The notes under the pieces: model-generated | What the model was told of the DNA's origin: nothing | What the model saw: only the letters and a program-made list of their open reading frames with translations | Databases searched by the model: none | Shown: positions 27,111 to 38,670 of the stretch, in pieces | Numbering within the stretch: position 1 is the stretch's first letter | Layout: the number at the start of each line of letters is the position of its first letter | Position numbers and translations under genes: made by a program | Source: Macrostomum lignano | Taxonomy: Eukaryota | DNA length: 64,000 nucleotides | Direction: 5' to 3' | Assembly (NCBI GenBank): GCA_002269645.1 | Contig: NIVC01000380.1 | Span: 347,158 to 411,157 of the forward strand

Positions 27111-30100
27111 TCACTTCACAGTCAGCTCCAGAAACAACTTTCTAGCCGAGCCGCCGCGCAACAAAAGTACATTATTAACCTGAGCGTGCAGCTCTTTAAC
27201 CAGCCTAGCATCAGAGCTCTCCAGCGATAGGCAGTGAAAATTTGTACTCAAACTGCCACCGAAAGCGACTCCAGGCGAGGTGGCATTTCGATAGAACAAT
27301 TGAACCGTAGCTTTAGAACTGCCAGATCGTTCTTCTAATTGGCATCCGCCGATGGCTTCCCAGCTGTAGGTGCTGGGACTTCGCTTAGAGAACAGCTTAG
27401 CCTTGCCACCCAGATGGTCCAATACAACGCAGTCGCCGCTAACGCTGAGCATCACGTCGCGATTAATAACGCTGCGCAGTTGCAATCGGTACTGTCTGAG
27501 AGCCAGGCTGTCTAATAGGTCCGGTTGGTGACTGTGCGGAGGCGATAGAAGCATCAGCTGGTGCTGTTGCTGCTGATAATGACTGGCCTGCTGACTAGCT
27601 AGATGGCCAGTTGAAGAGGCCGCTGGGTCCACCACTTGACCGGATTTCAATGCAACAGCCGCGGCATCGGCGCCAGCTTCGGCGGCCGACTGGGCGGTGC
27701 CCTGAGCCGGCGTGCTGTTGTCGCGAACCTGCAAGAATATTGAAGCGATTAGCGATTTCTAATAGCTTTGACCTTAATTGACACTGTGCTCAAATTAGTC
27801 CAAAAATGAGGTTCCGTAAAAACTCTATTTAGCTTTCAAATTACACTGTTCAAATTGATTTGACCTTCATTACACCTTTTTGTTTTCATTTGACCTTAAA
27901 CTTGGATGTTCTCATTTGACCTTAATCAAACCTGACTTGTCCTCATTTGACCTTAATCAAGCCTGACTTGTCCTCATTTGACCTTAATCACACCTGACTG
28001 TCCTCATTTGACCTTAATCAAGCCTGACTGTCCTCATTTGACCTTAAATCAAGCCTGACTATCCTTATTTGACCTTAATCACACCTGACTGTCCTCGTTT
28101 GACCTTAATCAAGCCTGACTTGTCCTTATTAGACCTTTACAGCTACAATTTCTACATCGTATCGAGGCGCTCACCAGAATGAACTCCGTACTCCCGGCAT
28201 CGCCTAGTGGCGTGTCCAACGGAACCTGCACACTAACATCGTCAGCCCGACGCAAGGCGTACTTATGCCCTCGATGCTCTTTCAACTTACGCCGGCGGAC
28301 AATTTTTTCTAACAGACTGGACACGGGCAGAGACCGATCCAGTTGCATAGTGGTGAAGCCCTGAGGCAGGCTGACATGTACAATTAGCTGATTAGACTGG
28401 CGCCTCTGCTGCTGAGTCAGCTGTTGCTGCTGAGACTGCTGCTGAACCGGGTGCCTCTGTACAACAGCCAGAGTGCTAAAATCGTATTTATAGATCCGAT
28501 CTCGCTTCTCTAACGGTGGAAAATCCGAATCCAGATCGTCGGCCTCTTCGTACATGAACAAGTCCAACTCGTCGATGCCAACATGCGGCGGCAGAGGCGG
28601 CTGCCTGCCCTCGAGGGTGTACTTGTAACAGGCCAGCCCGGTGAACTGTTCCACAGTAGTGTCGCGAATTGGCACCACTTCAACTGGGCGGGACCGGTCA
28701 AAGTCGTAAAAAAACACTCGTATCCGGCGAAGCCCCTGGCGACTGACGCTCACCTCGAACTGGGAGAACTCGGTAAACGGATTCTGAACCGCCGATTCTG
28801 AGTTCTCGGCCAGGCGCCTAGGGGATGTTGAATTTATATTTGATATTATAATAATCTGTCCTCATTTGACCCTATAAACCAATCTGTCCTCATTTGACCC
28901 TATAAACCAATCTGTCCTCATTTGAGCCTATAAACCAATCTGTCCTCATTTGACCCTATAAACCAATCTGTCCTCATTTGACCCTATAAACCAATTTGTC
29001 CTCATTGACCCTACAAACCAATCTGTCCTCATTTGACCCTACAAACCAATCTGTCCTCATTTGACCCTACAAACCAATTTGTATTCATTTGACCCTACAA
29101 ACCAATTTGTATTCATTTGACCCTAAACAAAACTGTCCTTATTTGACCTTGAATCTGGTTGACTGGTTGTTCCAATTTAATCAGGGATTGGTTAACCTTA
29201 TTTGACCTTTCAATTCAAATGCATTCAGAATGCAAAGAATAAAGCCACAACTTTAATCAAAATATTTTTCGCCGAAACAAACTAACTTAGCCAATAGAGA
29301 CTGCCGTTTCGCGGGCACTCGGCTGGAGCCGCCATTCTGACGCGGCGTTTTGTTCAATCGAATCTCCACCGATTCAGCCGGAGAAAAATTCGAATCGTCA
29401 GTTTTCGTTGGCGCCGACGGTGCAACGGCAGCGTCAGGGGCGGGAAACAGATAGTCGAGATCGCTGTCAGTAACGCCAGAAACGTCGTCGCTCCATTCGA
29501 CAGCTACGGCAGTTTTTTTCTCTCTCTGACGCTCCTCACGGGCAGCGGAGACGCGCATTTGAGTGGCAGATTTTTTTCGAGACGGCGCCTGCCCAGACTC
29601 CAGCTTGGGCGGTATGATGTCCGGCGAATGCGCCTCGCCTGCTAGGGAGGCCTAAGACCGGTAAGGTAGATGTTTTTGTTAAGGATGCAACAATAAAATC
29701 TGCTAAATCGTCTACTTTAATAATAAAAAATAAATAAAAATAGCAGCATTTTTAAAGAACTAAACAGGCTACTGAATTCTTTAAAAGTAGTAATGAAAGC
29801 ATTATGGTGCAATTCTAGCATTTTCTCTTCTAAATGTATTTGACGATTGCAGGCATGTCAAAATAATGTACACTATTCTTGACGCTACTCAAAAATGGAG
29901 ATATAACTCATTGATTACAACTACAGATTCTAGAATAACTTTTACTTTCAGTTCAGTAGCAAAGAAGAATACATATGCTATTTTATAAGAATAAAGGCAG
30001 CTGAGATGACTCTGATAAGGTTAGAAGCCAAGCTTGCAGGCGTAAACAGCTTGCTAATTGGTTCGGCAATAATGTACATTGGCCAGTCCACTGAAATGTA

Positions 30101-30693
30101 CATGGCAGCTTTAGGCTGGACTGAGAAAGGCAATTAAAATTGGGGCGGGGCGGGGCGGGGCGGGGTAGAGTGGAAAGAAAGGCGCTGTCGGAGGTTTTAT
30201 TGGGGGCGGGGGGTAAGAGCCAATAAATGAACCTTGCCTTGAAAATACAAAAATATTTCAGTTTAACTTACTACTGAACTGAAAGTAGCTTGCATGAAAA
30301 TTTGCCGAGTGGCCCATCTAGTTATTCTAGTGTCTGTCTGTACTTTAAATCACAAATAGCTGACGAGGCCTTCAACACACATGCTACAGTCATAGCTACT
30401 CGTACTTTTTACCCAGTAATGACCAAAAAATTAAAAGTACAAACCTGCGAATCTGTCGCCGATTGCTGTCCCGCAGCTCCAGCCGGCGGACCAAACGGGT
30501 CCGGCTGTTCAGTAAGCGAAGTCTGCGACTCTCCTCTGCCAGCGCCGCATGGAGGACTCAGCAGGGCCAGGACCTCTTCGTCGCAGACTCGAATTCGATC
30601 GATGAGCAGTTCGCAGACGCCAGTGTCGTCGCCACCGACAAACGCAGCTCGAAGTTGGGTCAATAGGAATGCGGTATTATCGCAGGATACCAT
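27111..30693 (-). CDS. MAPKAP1: TORC2 subunit SIN1; exons 30693-30445, 29651-29287, 28817-28175, 27728-27111 (624 aa)
   Basis: N-terminus DNTAFLLTQLRAAFVGGDDTGVCELLID; QSLLAKRL...NPFTEFSQF; CRIM motif DLDSDFPPLEKRD.IYKYDFSTLAVV; RBD; EFILVRDNS; C-terminal PH. Exon phases 0/2/0 join to 1875 nt. Confidence 0.92.
27900..28130. repeat. ~30-bp intronic minisatellite (TGTCCTCATTTGACCTTAATCAAGCCTGAC)
   Basis: About 7 copies in SIN1 intron 3. Confidence 0.9.
28855..29150. repeat. 28-bp intronic minisatellite (TGTCCTCATTTGACCCTATAAACCAATC)
   Basis: About 10 copies in SIN1 intron 2. Confidence 0.9.
30050..30330 (+). repeat. ~300-bp dispersed repeat, copy B (SIN1 intron 1)
   Basis: Matches 24611-24936. 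Confidence 0.85.
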
Positions 30694-32333
30694 GATGCTT
30701 TAGCTAAGCATTTAACTAACCTGCGCAATTAGTATCCAGGAAGTTACAAAGGTCCACTAGATATTGTGCTTGTCATTAAGCATCAAATTTAAATTAGATA
30801 ATCATCAAATTACCGATTTAATGTTTAGTATATGGAAGTTACATAATAAGTAGTTAGGGAGGCCGTAGCCCAGTGGTCTGGCATGACACGCTCTGATATG
30901 CCAGCGGCCCAGGCTCAATTCCAAGTGCAGTCGCATTGACTTGAGGGCTAAATTGGAATCTTGGCTTGGCTCTGTTTGTGCAATTAACATCTTTGAGGGG
31001 GTTGTTTTCAAAAATGCAAAAATTCACTACCACTAAGACTGCTGCTTATGAAAGTGACTGCGAAAAATTTAGTGGTCGTGAAGTTTCAGTTTATGAAATT
31101 TAGTGCTTAATATAATGCCTAATGCCTAACGATAAATATAGTTAGGGCCACTGTACATTCCTGTGAGTGTGTGCCTATGCATATAACTGCATACATATCT
31201 GCATGCTTGTGTGCCTGCTCAGAAGAGTTATTGGAATGGGCAGTAATGCCTCTTGCTAGTTGTGAAACAATGTTGCTTTAAGTGAACAAGGATGCACACA
31301 GCCCCCTGCTTTTAATAAAAGATTATATTCCAATGCCTGATGCTAATGGTATACTACAACCATAGCAAGAAAGTTATTAAAATTTTACTAGCTAGCTATG
31401 CACATTATGGATATAGATAGGCCATGGGAAAAATTTGAGATGTGGCTACAAATATGAATTTGGGAAAATTTAGGCTTTGGCAGAAATCTATATTCTATAA
31501 TATAGCCTATAGTATATAAACTTTCATGGCTTTGAAAATGATAAAAGATTTTATTTATGTTAGGCCTAACTTTAGCAAATTGATATATGCCCTATTCAGT
31601 GTTTGGGGGTAAATTTTTGGCATTTCCAGCACTTTCAGTTCACTCAAAATTTAGATCCATATTATTATTATATTACATTATATTATATTATAATATTACA
31701 TTTTTATTTAAAAAGAATATCTACATTTCAAATTCTAGACCAATATATGTTTTCATTTTTTACAAAGAAATATTTAAGCACTTTTTAATTGGTATTTCAT
31801 TAGAATTATAGAAGACTTTAAAAAGATACTTTAAAAAATACTAGTTAATAATTAAATATATAATATAAGGAAAAGAACTAAAATATCTAAATTGTCATTA
31901 TCTCAGTATTGGACAGTGCTATATTTACTAAATCATCATGTTGCATTGTATTGGCTATGCAAAGATCTCTTGGAATTCTAGGATAACTAATTAATTAAGA
32001 TCAAAATAGGAATGAGAAAAAGATTGCATGGTAATAATTAGATAATTACATAATTATAAGCAAATATATTTCTTTAAACTTTAGTCAAGATACTAATTAG
32101 TAATATAGCTATTAAAATAGTATATATAAATTTATTCTTCTAAGGTGCTAAAGATGTTATTTTGGTTAATTGGATTATATTTCCTAAAAAAGTTAAATTA
32201 ATTATTTAAAATATAAGTAAACTCATTCTTCAATATTTGACTCATTGTAGTGTTTTGCCATAAGGGGGCTCCATATGCCATAGCTGTAGCCGTAAACAAA
32301 ACTATGGCTTCTTCCAATTCTCCATATTAAATA

Positions 32334-35300
32334 CAATGGCGTAGCCAGGGGGGGGGATGAGGGGGATGTATCCCCCCCGAAAATCTGATCCAATTTTTTT
32401 CCTTACTTTTCAATAAAAATTTACTTTGAGACAGTAACTTAACATTTCATGTCATAACCTGAAGCAGTTCGTAAATAAAAGCTGTAAAAAGCATAACAGA
32501 ACAGAATGGAGCAGCATGGGCGGCATGACAAAGTGGAGCGGCGCTCCCTAAATAGTCACGCAGCTTAAAGAGTAAAAAAACACAAGTCCAACGGAGCAGC
32601 CAAAACCCCGGGGTCGGCCTCAACAAAAAACAACACCCTCTCAGCCAATAGCTGGCTGAGACTGAGAGGCGAGAGAGAGAGAAAAAGGAAGGGGTATGGA
32701 GGAAAGAATGTACACACGCATGCGGAGGAAGGGGGGAGAAAATCAATGCACGCGCACGCTAAGAAGTTAGAGGCAGGGAGGGGTATCAATGTGATCAAGA
32801 GACACGTGATCACTGAAGGCGGAATAACAAGATAGGGCAGAGAGAAGAGTGGAGGTGGAATGCATTTCTTTACTGCGTTGAATCAACTTGAATGTTTCTT
32901 TACTTATATTTTTGTTGCAAATAGCGACTTTGTTTAAGCAAAGCCAATTAACAGACAACAACTAAGATAGCTGAGAGGCGATCGTTACAGTGTACTGCTG
33001 CATCACTGCATTGAGTGCATACATCACTTCACTGCTATGGGTCCTCCTGCCGCCAAGCAGCAGAAGATCGATCGTTTTTTCTGTCCTCGTACTGAAAATA
33101 CAGTTTTGAATGAGGCAAATACTGCAGCAACAGCAACTGCTCCCGAGCCAAGTACCGATGGACAGCCAAATGCATCCGAGCCACATGCTGATTGTAGTCA
33201 ACTGCCCCCTGCACCAGCGTCTGCAGCGAAGATTGACATTGAACATGCTGTCCAGCTGAGGATTCAGGGAAAGATGACAATGGAAGAACGCCAGCGATTT
33301 ATGAAGTACACTCTCAAGGTGCCGAGCGACTACGAGCTTCCCTTCATGATGGGTAAAACACAAAAGTTCAGGCTGCTGCCTCATCATCTGACTGGCAAGA
33401 ATGATTGTTTTTATTTTTCGCCTATTAGCCAAGGTGTGTACTGTTTGCCGTGTGTCCTTTTTGCTCCGACAACTGGTCATGGCCAAAAAAACAATCAAGA
33501 ACTTGGTCACTTTGTGACCATGCCAGTAAAGAACTATAAGAAAATATTGGAGTTTTACACAAAGCACTGTGATAGCCAATACCACAAGCATGCCTGCGAC
33601 ACCTTTCGCCAAGTGCAACGGAATGAAACTGAGGGCGACGTATCATCCAAGTTAAAAACAGCCACTGACGCAGTCTTACGTGACAATTGCTACATCTTTG
33701 AGGCTGTGGTCAGTGGTATTGAATACTTAGGCCGAACAAACCAGGGCATTCGAGGTCATCGCGAAGCTGCTGGTCGCCTGTCAGTGCCAGACGAATCAGA
33801 CTCTGTCGACTATACGCAAGGCAATCTTCGGGCTCTTCTTCAACGAGATGCCATCAAGGATAGCAAATTAGCTCACCTTATTCAGACAAGTCCACTTAAC
33901 TCTACGGGCCTCTCTCCCATGGTTCAGAACCGTCTAATAGAGTGCATTGAGACTGTAATGACGAGAGAGATCATTCTTCCTATAACATCATTCTTTGCTA
34001 TCATTGCTGACGGAACAAGTGACATTGGACGGGTGGAGCAACTGTCAATCAATATCCGTTATATTGCCCAAGACTACGGCGCAGAAGAACGGTTCATCGG
34101 CTTTGTTGAGTTAAAACAGCAAGACTCTGCTTCGATTGTGGAAGCCATCAACCAGAAGTTGGAGCAGCTCCACCTTTCGAAGGAGTTTCTAGTTGCTCAA
34201 GGCTATGATGGTGCGTCTGTCATGAGTGCTGAGGGAGGTATACAGGGGCGGATTCGACAGACTTGCCCGAATGCAATTTACGTCCATTGCTTTAGTCATT
34301 GCCTCAACCTCTGCACCAGAGCATCCGTTGATAGCAAGCAAGGAATTAGAGAGCTTAAGGCGGCATATGCTACGCTGGATGTAGCCTACAACCATTTCGC
34401 CCACTCAACTGTCAGGACAAAGAGATTTGCAGACGTCGTTGCCGCACGAGAGACTGAAGCTGTGAAGACAAAAAGCGGAAAGACCAGGCTCAAGGCATTC
34501 TGTCCCACTCGCTTTGTTGAGAGCCATAATAACGTCTTTGACTTTCTGGCACTGTTTGACGAAGCAGCCAAGTACTTCTCTGATGCCGACCTCGCCGTGT
34601 ACAACAACATTGTCAATCCTGTGACAATAGTTTCGCTGCATGTACTCCAGGCCGTGCTTGGCCTATCGGTGGTCCTTCAGGTATGCACTAATATCATATT
34701 TTGCATTAAGACTTGTAGCTATTTAAATATACATTAGTTGACTGAACAAGTGTATAAATTATAGTGCAAATTTTAACTATCGCAACTGCGGCTTCGTATA
34801 ATACAGTATTCAGTAATCAGTATATTTTTCTATGCTTGGCTATTACTGACTAATTTGAATATACATATGGCTTTGACTTTAAAATGGAGGTTCATGTGTC
34901 TGAAGGTACTTCATTGCAAATTTTATGGCATAATTCAGTAGAAGTAGAAAGTGGTGCAGACTTGCAAGTAGCTACATTGTGCATATAATAATAAAGCTAC
35001 AAAGTCAAAAGTACTTTGTTTCCTATACCAATGTTATTGTTAAATTCCTGACAACGCTCATATGTGGCTTTACTTTTTTTCACTTCAGGGAAAGACCATC
35101 GATCTCATCACAGCTAGCGAGGAAGTCGATCGTGTTCTGAGCCGGCTACGTTTTTGGCGTCAGGACAACTCTGACACAAAATTCCGGGAAGTCTTTGAGA
35201 TGGCCGAAGTGGTCCACAAAAGACATAATGAAGATTGCCCAATACTGGACAAGTATCGTGCGACGGCATCCAAGCGCAGCATGCATCGAAGCAACGTACA

Positions 35301-36366
35301 GGGCGAGACTGCATTCAACAGTTTTAAGCTAAACCTTTGGTATCTCGCTCTGGATCTCATCATTAGCGAGATCAGTGAACGTTTCACGAAGTCGTCAAAG
35401 ATTGCTATGCGGATGGCAAAGCTGCTTCCAGAGCATTGTCTTGACGAAGATGCATCGACCGCTGCGGCAGAAGCCTTCACGGAGTACCATGATTTTTTAG
35501 ACCACGATGCCATCTGCCATGCTGAATTCGAAAGTTGGCAGGACTTTTGCCGCAGCCTTTCAGTAGAGGAGAGAACGGCGATGAGCGTTTCTAGTGCACT
35601 TCGATGCTGTAACCCTTGTTTGTGGCCAAACATAGCCAAGCTGCTCAGAATCTTTCTTACTACGCCCGTGACAACATGTACAGCCAAGAGGTCATTCAGC
35701 ACTCTACGGCTTCTGAAGACGCATTCCCGATCAACAATGGGCCAAGGGCATCTGAATGGTCTGGCGATGCTGGCGGTGCACAAGGACATCAAGTTGTCCT
35801 ACAAGAAGGTGATGGAAGAGTACTCCCGAAGGTTTGACACACGGCTTCGGCTGATGTAACTTTTATATTTTATGTCTGTTTAAACTACAAATGCATACAT
35901 GTAATACTATGAACTTGATGCTTATAAAGTTTCAATATAAACCAGCACAGTTAACTAGTTAACTATTGACTGTGCTTATTACTTCATGAAAAGAATGCAG
36001 TATTTTGTTTAAAATGCATATGCTGTCTGCTGTCCTACCCGCACCAAAATATTATTTGGCGCTAATTTTGTTTGTGCTTTATTTCATTTCTCGAGGTCAC
36101 AAAGGAACAAAGGAACTTTCGTACCTGGCAGTGCACAAACCTGTGAAACATTATAGTATTACGAATTAGTGTTTCATGAATCATGATTAAATAAGGATTA
36201 TGAGCAATCTACCAGGCTGAAAAGATTAAGTTTAGTTATACTTGCAATAGGTGGACGTCCATTAATCATGACGGGTTGGCTATTATTATCGCCAACTCGC
36301 CATCAGCCCATAGTCTGGGAAACTAGGATCTATCCCCCCCGACAGAAATTTCTGGCTACGCCCCTG
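32334..36366 (+). mobile_element. Complete hAT transposon, 4033 bp
   Basis: 15-bp TIRs CAATGGCGTAGCCAG / CTGGCTACGCCCCTG (13/15 match); 8-bp TSD ATTAAATA at 32326-32333 and 36367-36374. Confidence 0.95.
33037..35859 (+). CDS. hAT transposase, exons 33037-34680 and 35089-35859 (804 aa); catalytic E replaced by K
   Basis: CLPC...YHKHA zinc motif, IADGTSD, GYDGA, HCFSHCLNL, TAKRSFS; phase-0 GT-AG intron at the same position as in copy 1. Confidence 0.9.
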
Positions 36367-36622
36367 ATTAAATAGCCATATGGACCCCAATATTACCATA
36401 TTTCTGTAGTTCCAGTAGCCATAGCCATAGTTTTATAACAAAAAGTCTAGGAAATAAAGTAGTTTGAATTAAGAGGATAACTTAAAAAATTACAAATAAA
36501 GGAAAAAGTCAAACTAATACTTAATTGCATACATGCGCAACTTCTTAAATTACGCTGGCCGTGCGACTTAGTTTTCGATAAAAAATGCGACTTACCTATG
36601 AAAGAGCCAAGCAAAAACTTTA

Positions 36623-36696
36623 GGTAAACGGCAGGAGTAACTATGACTATATTTTTAAAGCTAAATGCCTCGCCAGCTAATTAGTGCTGCGTGCAG
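36623..36696 (+). other. Short diverged 28S rRNA-like fragment (not a functional rRNA gene)
   Basis: GGTAAACGGCAGGAGTAACTATGACTATATTTTTAAAGCTAAATGCCTCGCCAGCTAATTAGTG versus the recalled conserved 28S GGTAAACGGCGGGAGTAACTATGACTCTCTTAAGGTAGCCAAATGCCTCGTCATCTAATTAGTG. Confidence 0.8.
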
Positions 36697-37099
36697 ATTC
36701 CGCGTTTTTATAACAGCTAATCAGTATGTCATCTAGTGGCGGCATGAAGCAATTAGTAAATTATCAGTACAGTGTAGTGAGCATACTACAAAAGTCATGA
36801 TTCATGAATGTCCAGAAGTAAGTGAAGTGAATACAGTGTGACCTATAGCTCAAGAACGATTTGCTAGACGATTTGGCATGGAAGATGAGAGCCCTGATTC
36901 AGATGGCTCATCAGATGCAGAATACGAATCCAGTAGAGATACAAGCTGTGAAAACCCACAGATTTTTAAACCACTGAATTCTAATTCCCGGAACTATTTT
37001 TGCATAGATTCTAAATTTGAAGTCATGCTCAAACAAAAACTTGTTAACAGTTAGGAAAAAGGCAAAGATGGGAGTAATGCATGTTAAACTAAGATTTGA

Positions 37100-37790
37100 G
37101 GCCTTTGCAAATTCTCTCCATTCCTCAATCTTCTCATCCTCTTTTTCTTTTCTCTCTCATCCCTTATCCCTTCTCTCTTTCCTCTCCTCTCTCCTCTCTT
37201 TCCTCTCCTCTCCTATCTCTTCTGTCTCCTCTCTACATTCTTATCTCTCCTCTCGTCTCTCTCCAGTCCACTCTACTCTCTCATCTTATCTTCCCTCTCG
37301 TCTCTCTCCACTCTACTCTCTCATCTTATCTCTCCTCTCTTTTCTACTCTCTCATCTCTCCTCTCTTCACTCTCCTCTCATCTCCTCTTTATCCTCTCTT
37401 CTCTCATCTACTCTCTCCTCTTTCCTCTTTCCTCTCTTCTGATCTCATTCATCATCTTTTCTTTCCTCTTTCCTCTCATCTCCTCTTCTCTCTCATCTCT
37501 TTTTCCTCCCTCAGCTTTTCTCTCCTCTTCTATCTTTTCTCCCATCGCATCGCTCGCCTCTCCTCTGTTTGCTTATCTCTAATCTTCTATTCCCTCTACT
37601 TTGAAGTAAGAAAATATGCACATATTTTTGCTGAAGATAAGAGAGAAGAGGGCATTGAGGAAAAAGGGTAGAGAGAAAGGGGGAGAAGAGAGGAGAGTAA
37701 AAATGAGAGGAGAGAGAAGAGGGAAAAGGGGGGAGAGAGAATAGGGGAGGCAAGGTAGAGAAGAAGAGAGAGATGAGAGTTGAAGAGACA
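37100..37790. repeat. TC-rich then GA-rich low-complexity tract
   Basis: Seen directly. Confidence 0.9.
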
Positions 37791-38029
37791 CCAACCTTGC
37801 TACGAGTAGTTAGTAAGTTAGGAAGTTTCAAAGAACCCGAGGGGCGAGGGCCAGATAGAGGGGCTTCGCGAGCCGGAGTTTGCCAACCCCTGCTCCAGAG
37901 TTTAAGAAATCAATGGGAAACTGTTGACGCGGGCTTCTGATTTCAAAGATCTTGTCTGTGGTTGAAGGCTTCTATTCTGTTTTTGCTCTTCTGCCACACT
38001 TGCACCTACTACCCCCTGATTGCCTCTGA

Positions 38030-38670
38030 TTGTGACTTACTTCCCTCTTATTGCGACTTAGTTGCTTCTTTTTGCGACTTACCTGATCCTTTTTGCGACT
38101 TACCTAACCCTTTTGCGACTTACCTGATCCTTTTGCGACTTACCTGATCCTTTTGCGACTTACCTGATCCTTTTGCGACTTACCTAACCCTTTTGCGACT
38201 TACCTAACCCTTTTGCGACTTACCTAACCCTTTTGCGACTTACCTGATCCTTTTGCGACTTAGCTGATCCTTTTGCAACTTACCTGATTCTTTTTGCGAC
38301 TTACCTGATCCTTTTTGCGACTTACCTAACCCTTTTGCGACTTACCTAATCCTTTTTGCGACTTACCTAACCCTTTTGCGACTTACCTGATCCTTTTTGC
38401 GACTTACTCATAGTTTGCTTCTTTTGCGACTTACCTGATTCCTGTTGCGACTTACCTGATCCTTTTTGCGACTTGGTTTGCTTCTTTTGCGACTTACCTG
38501 ATCCTTTTTGCGACTTACCTGATTATTTTTACAACTTAGTTTGCTTCTTTTGCGAATAGTTTTTCTTTTGCTTCACCATTTTCCCTGAACTGCACTTTCT
38601 TTCGCTTTCCTCTTGCCTTTCTTGGTTCTTGTGTTTTTCTGTTTTTGGTTGACTCAATTTTGCGACTTAC
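38030..38670. repeat. ~19-20-bp minisatellite TTTTGCGACTTACCTGATCC
   Basis: About 25 copies. Confidence 0.93.

Noticed and set aside
24611-30330. Direct repeats as LTRs of an element that captured SIN1
   Set aside because: The second copy lies inside SIN1 intron 1, with exon 1 outside it; no TG..CA ends or TSD.
36623-36696. Functional rRNA gene
   Set aside because: Only ~70 nt, diverged, with no flanking rDNA.
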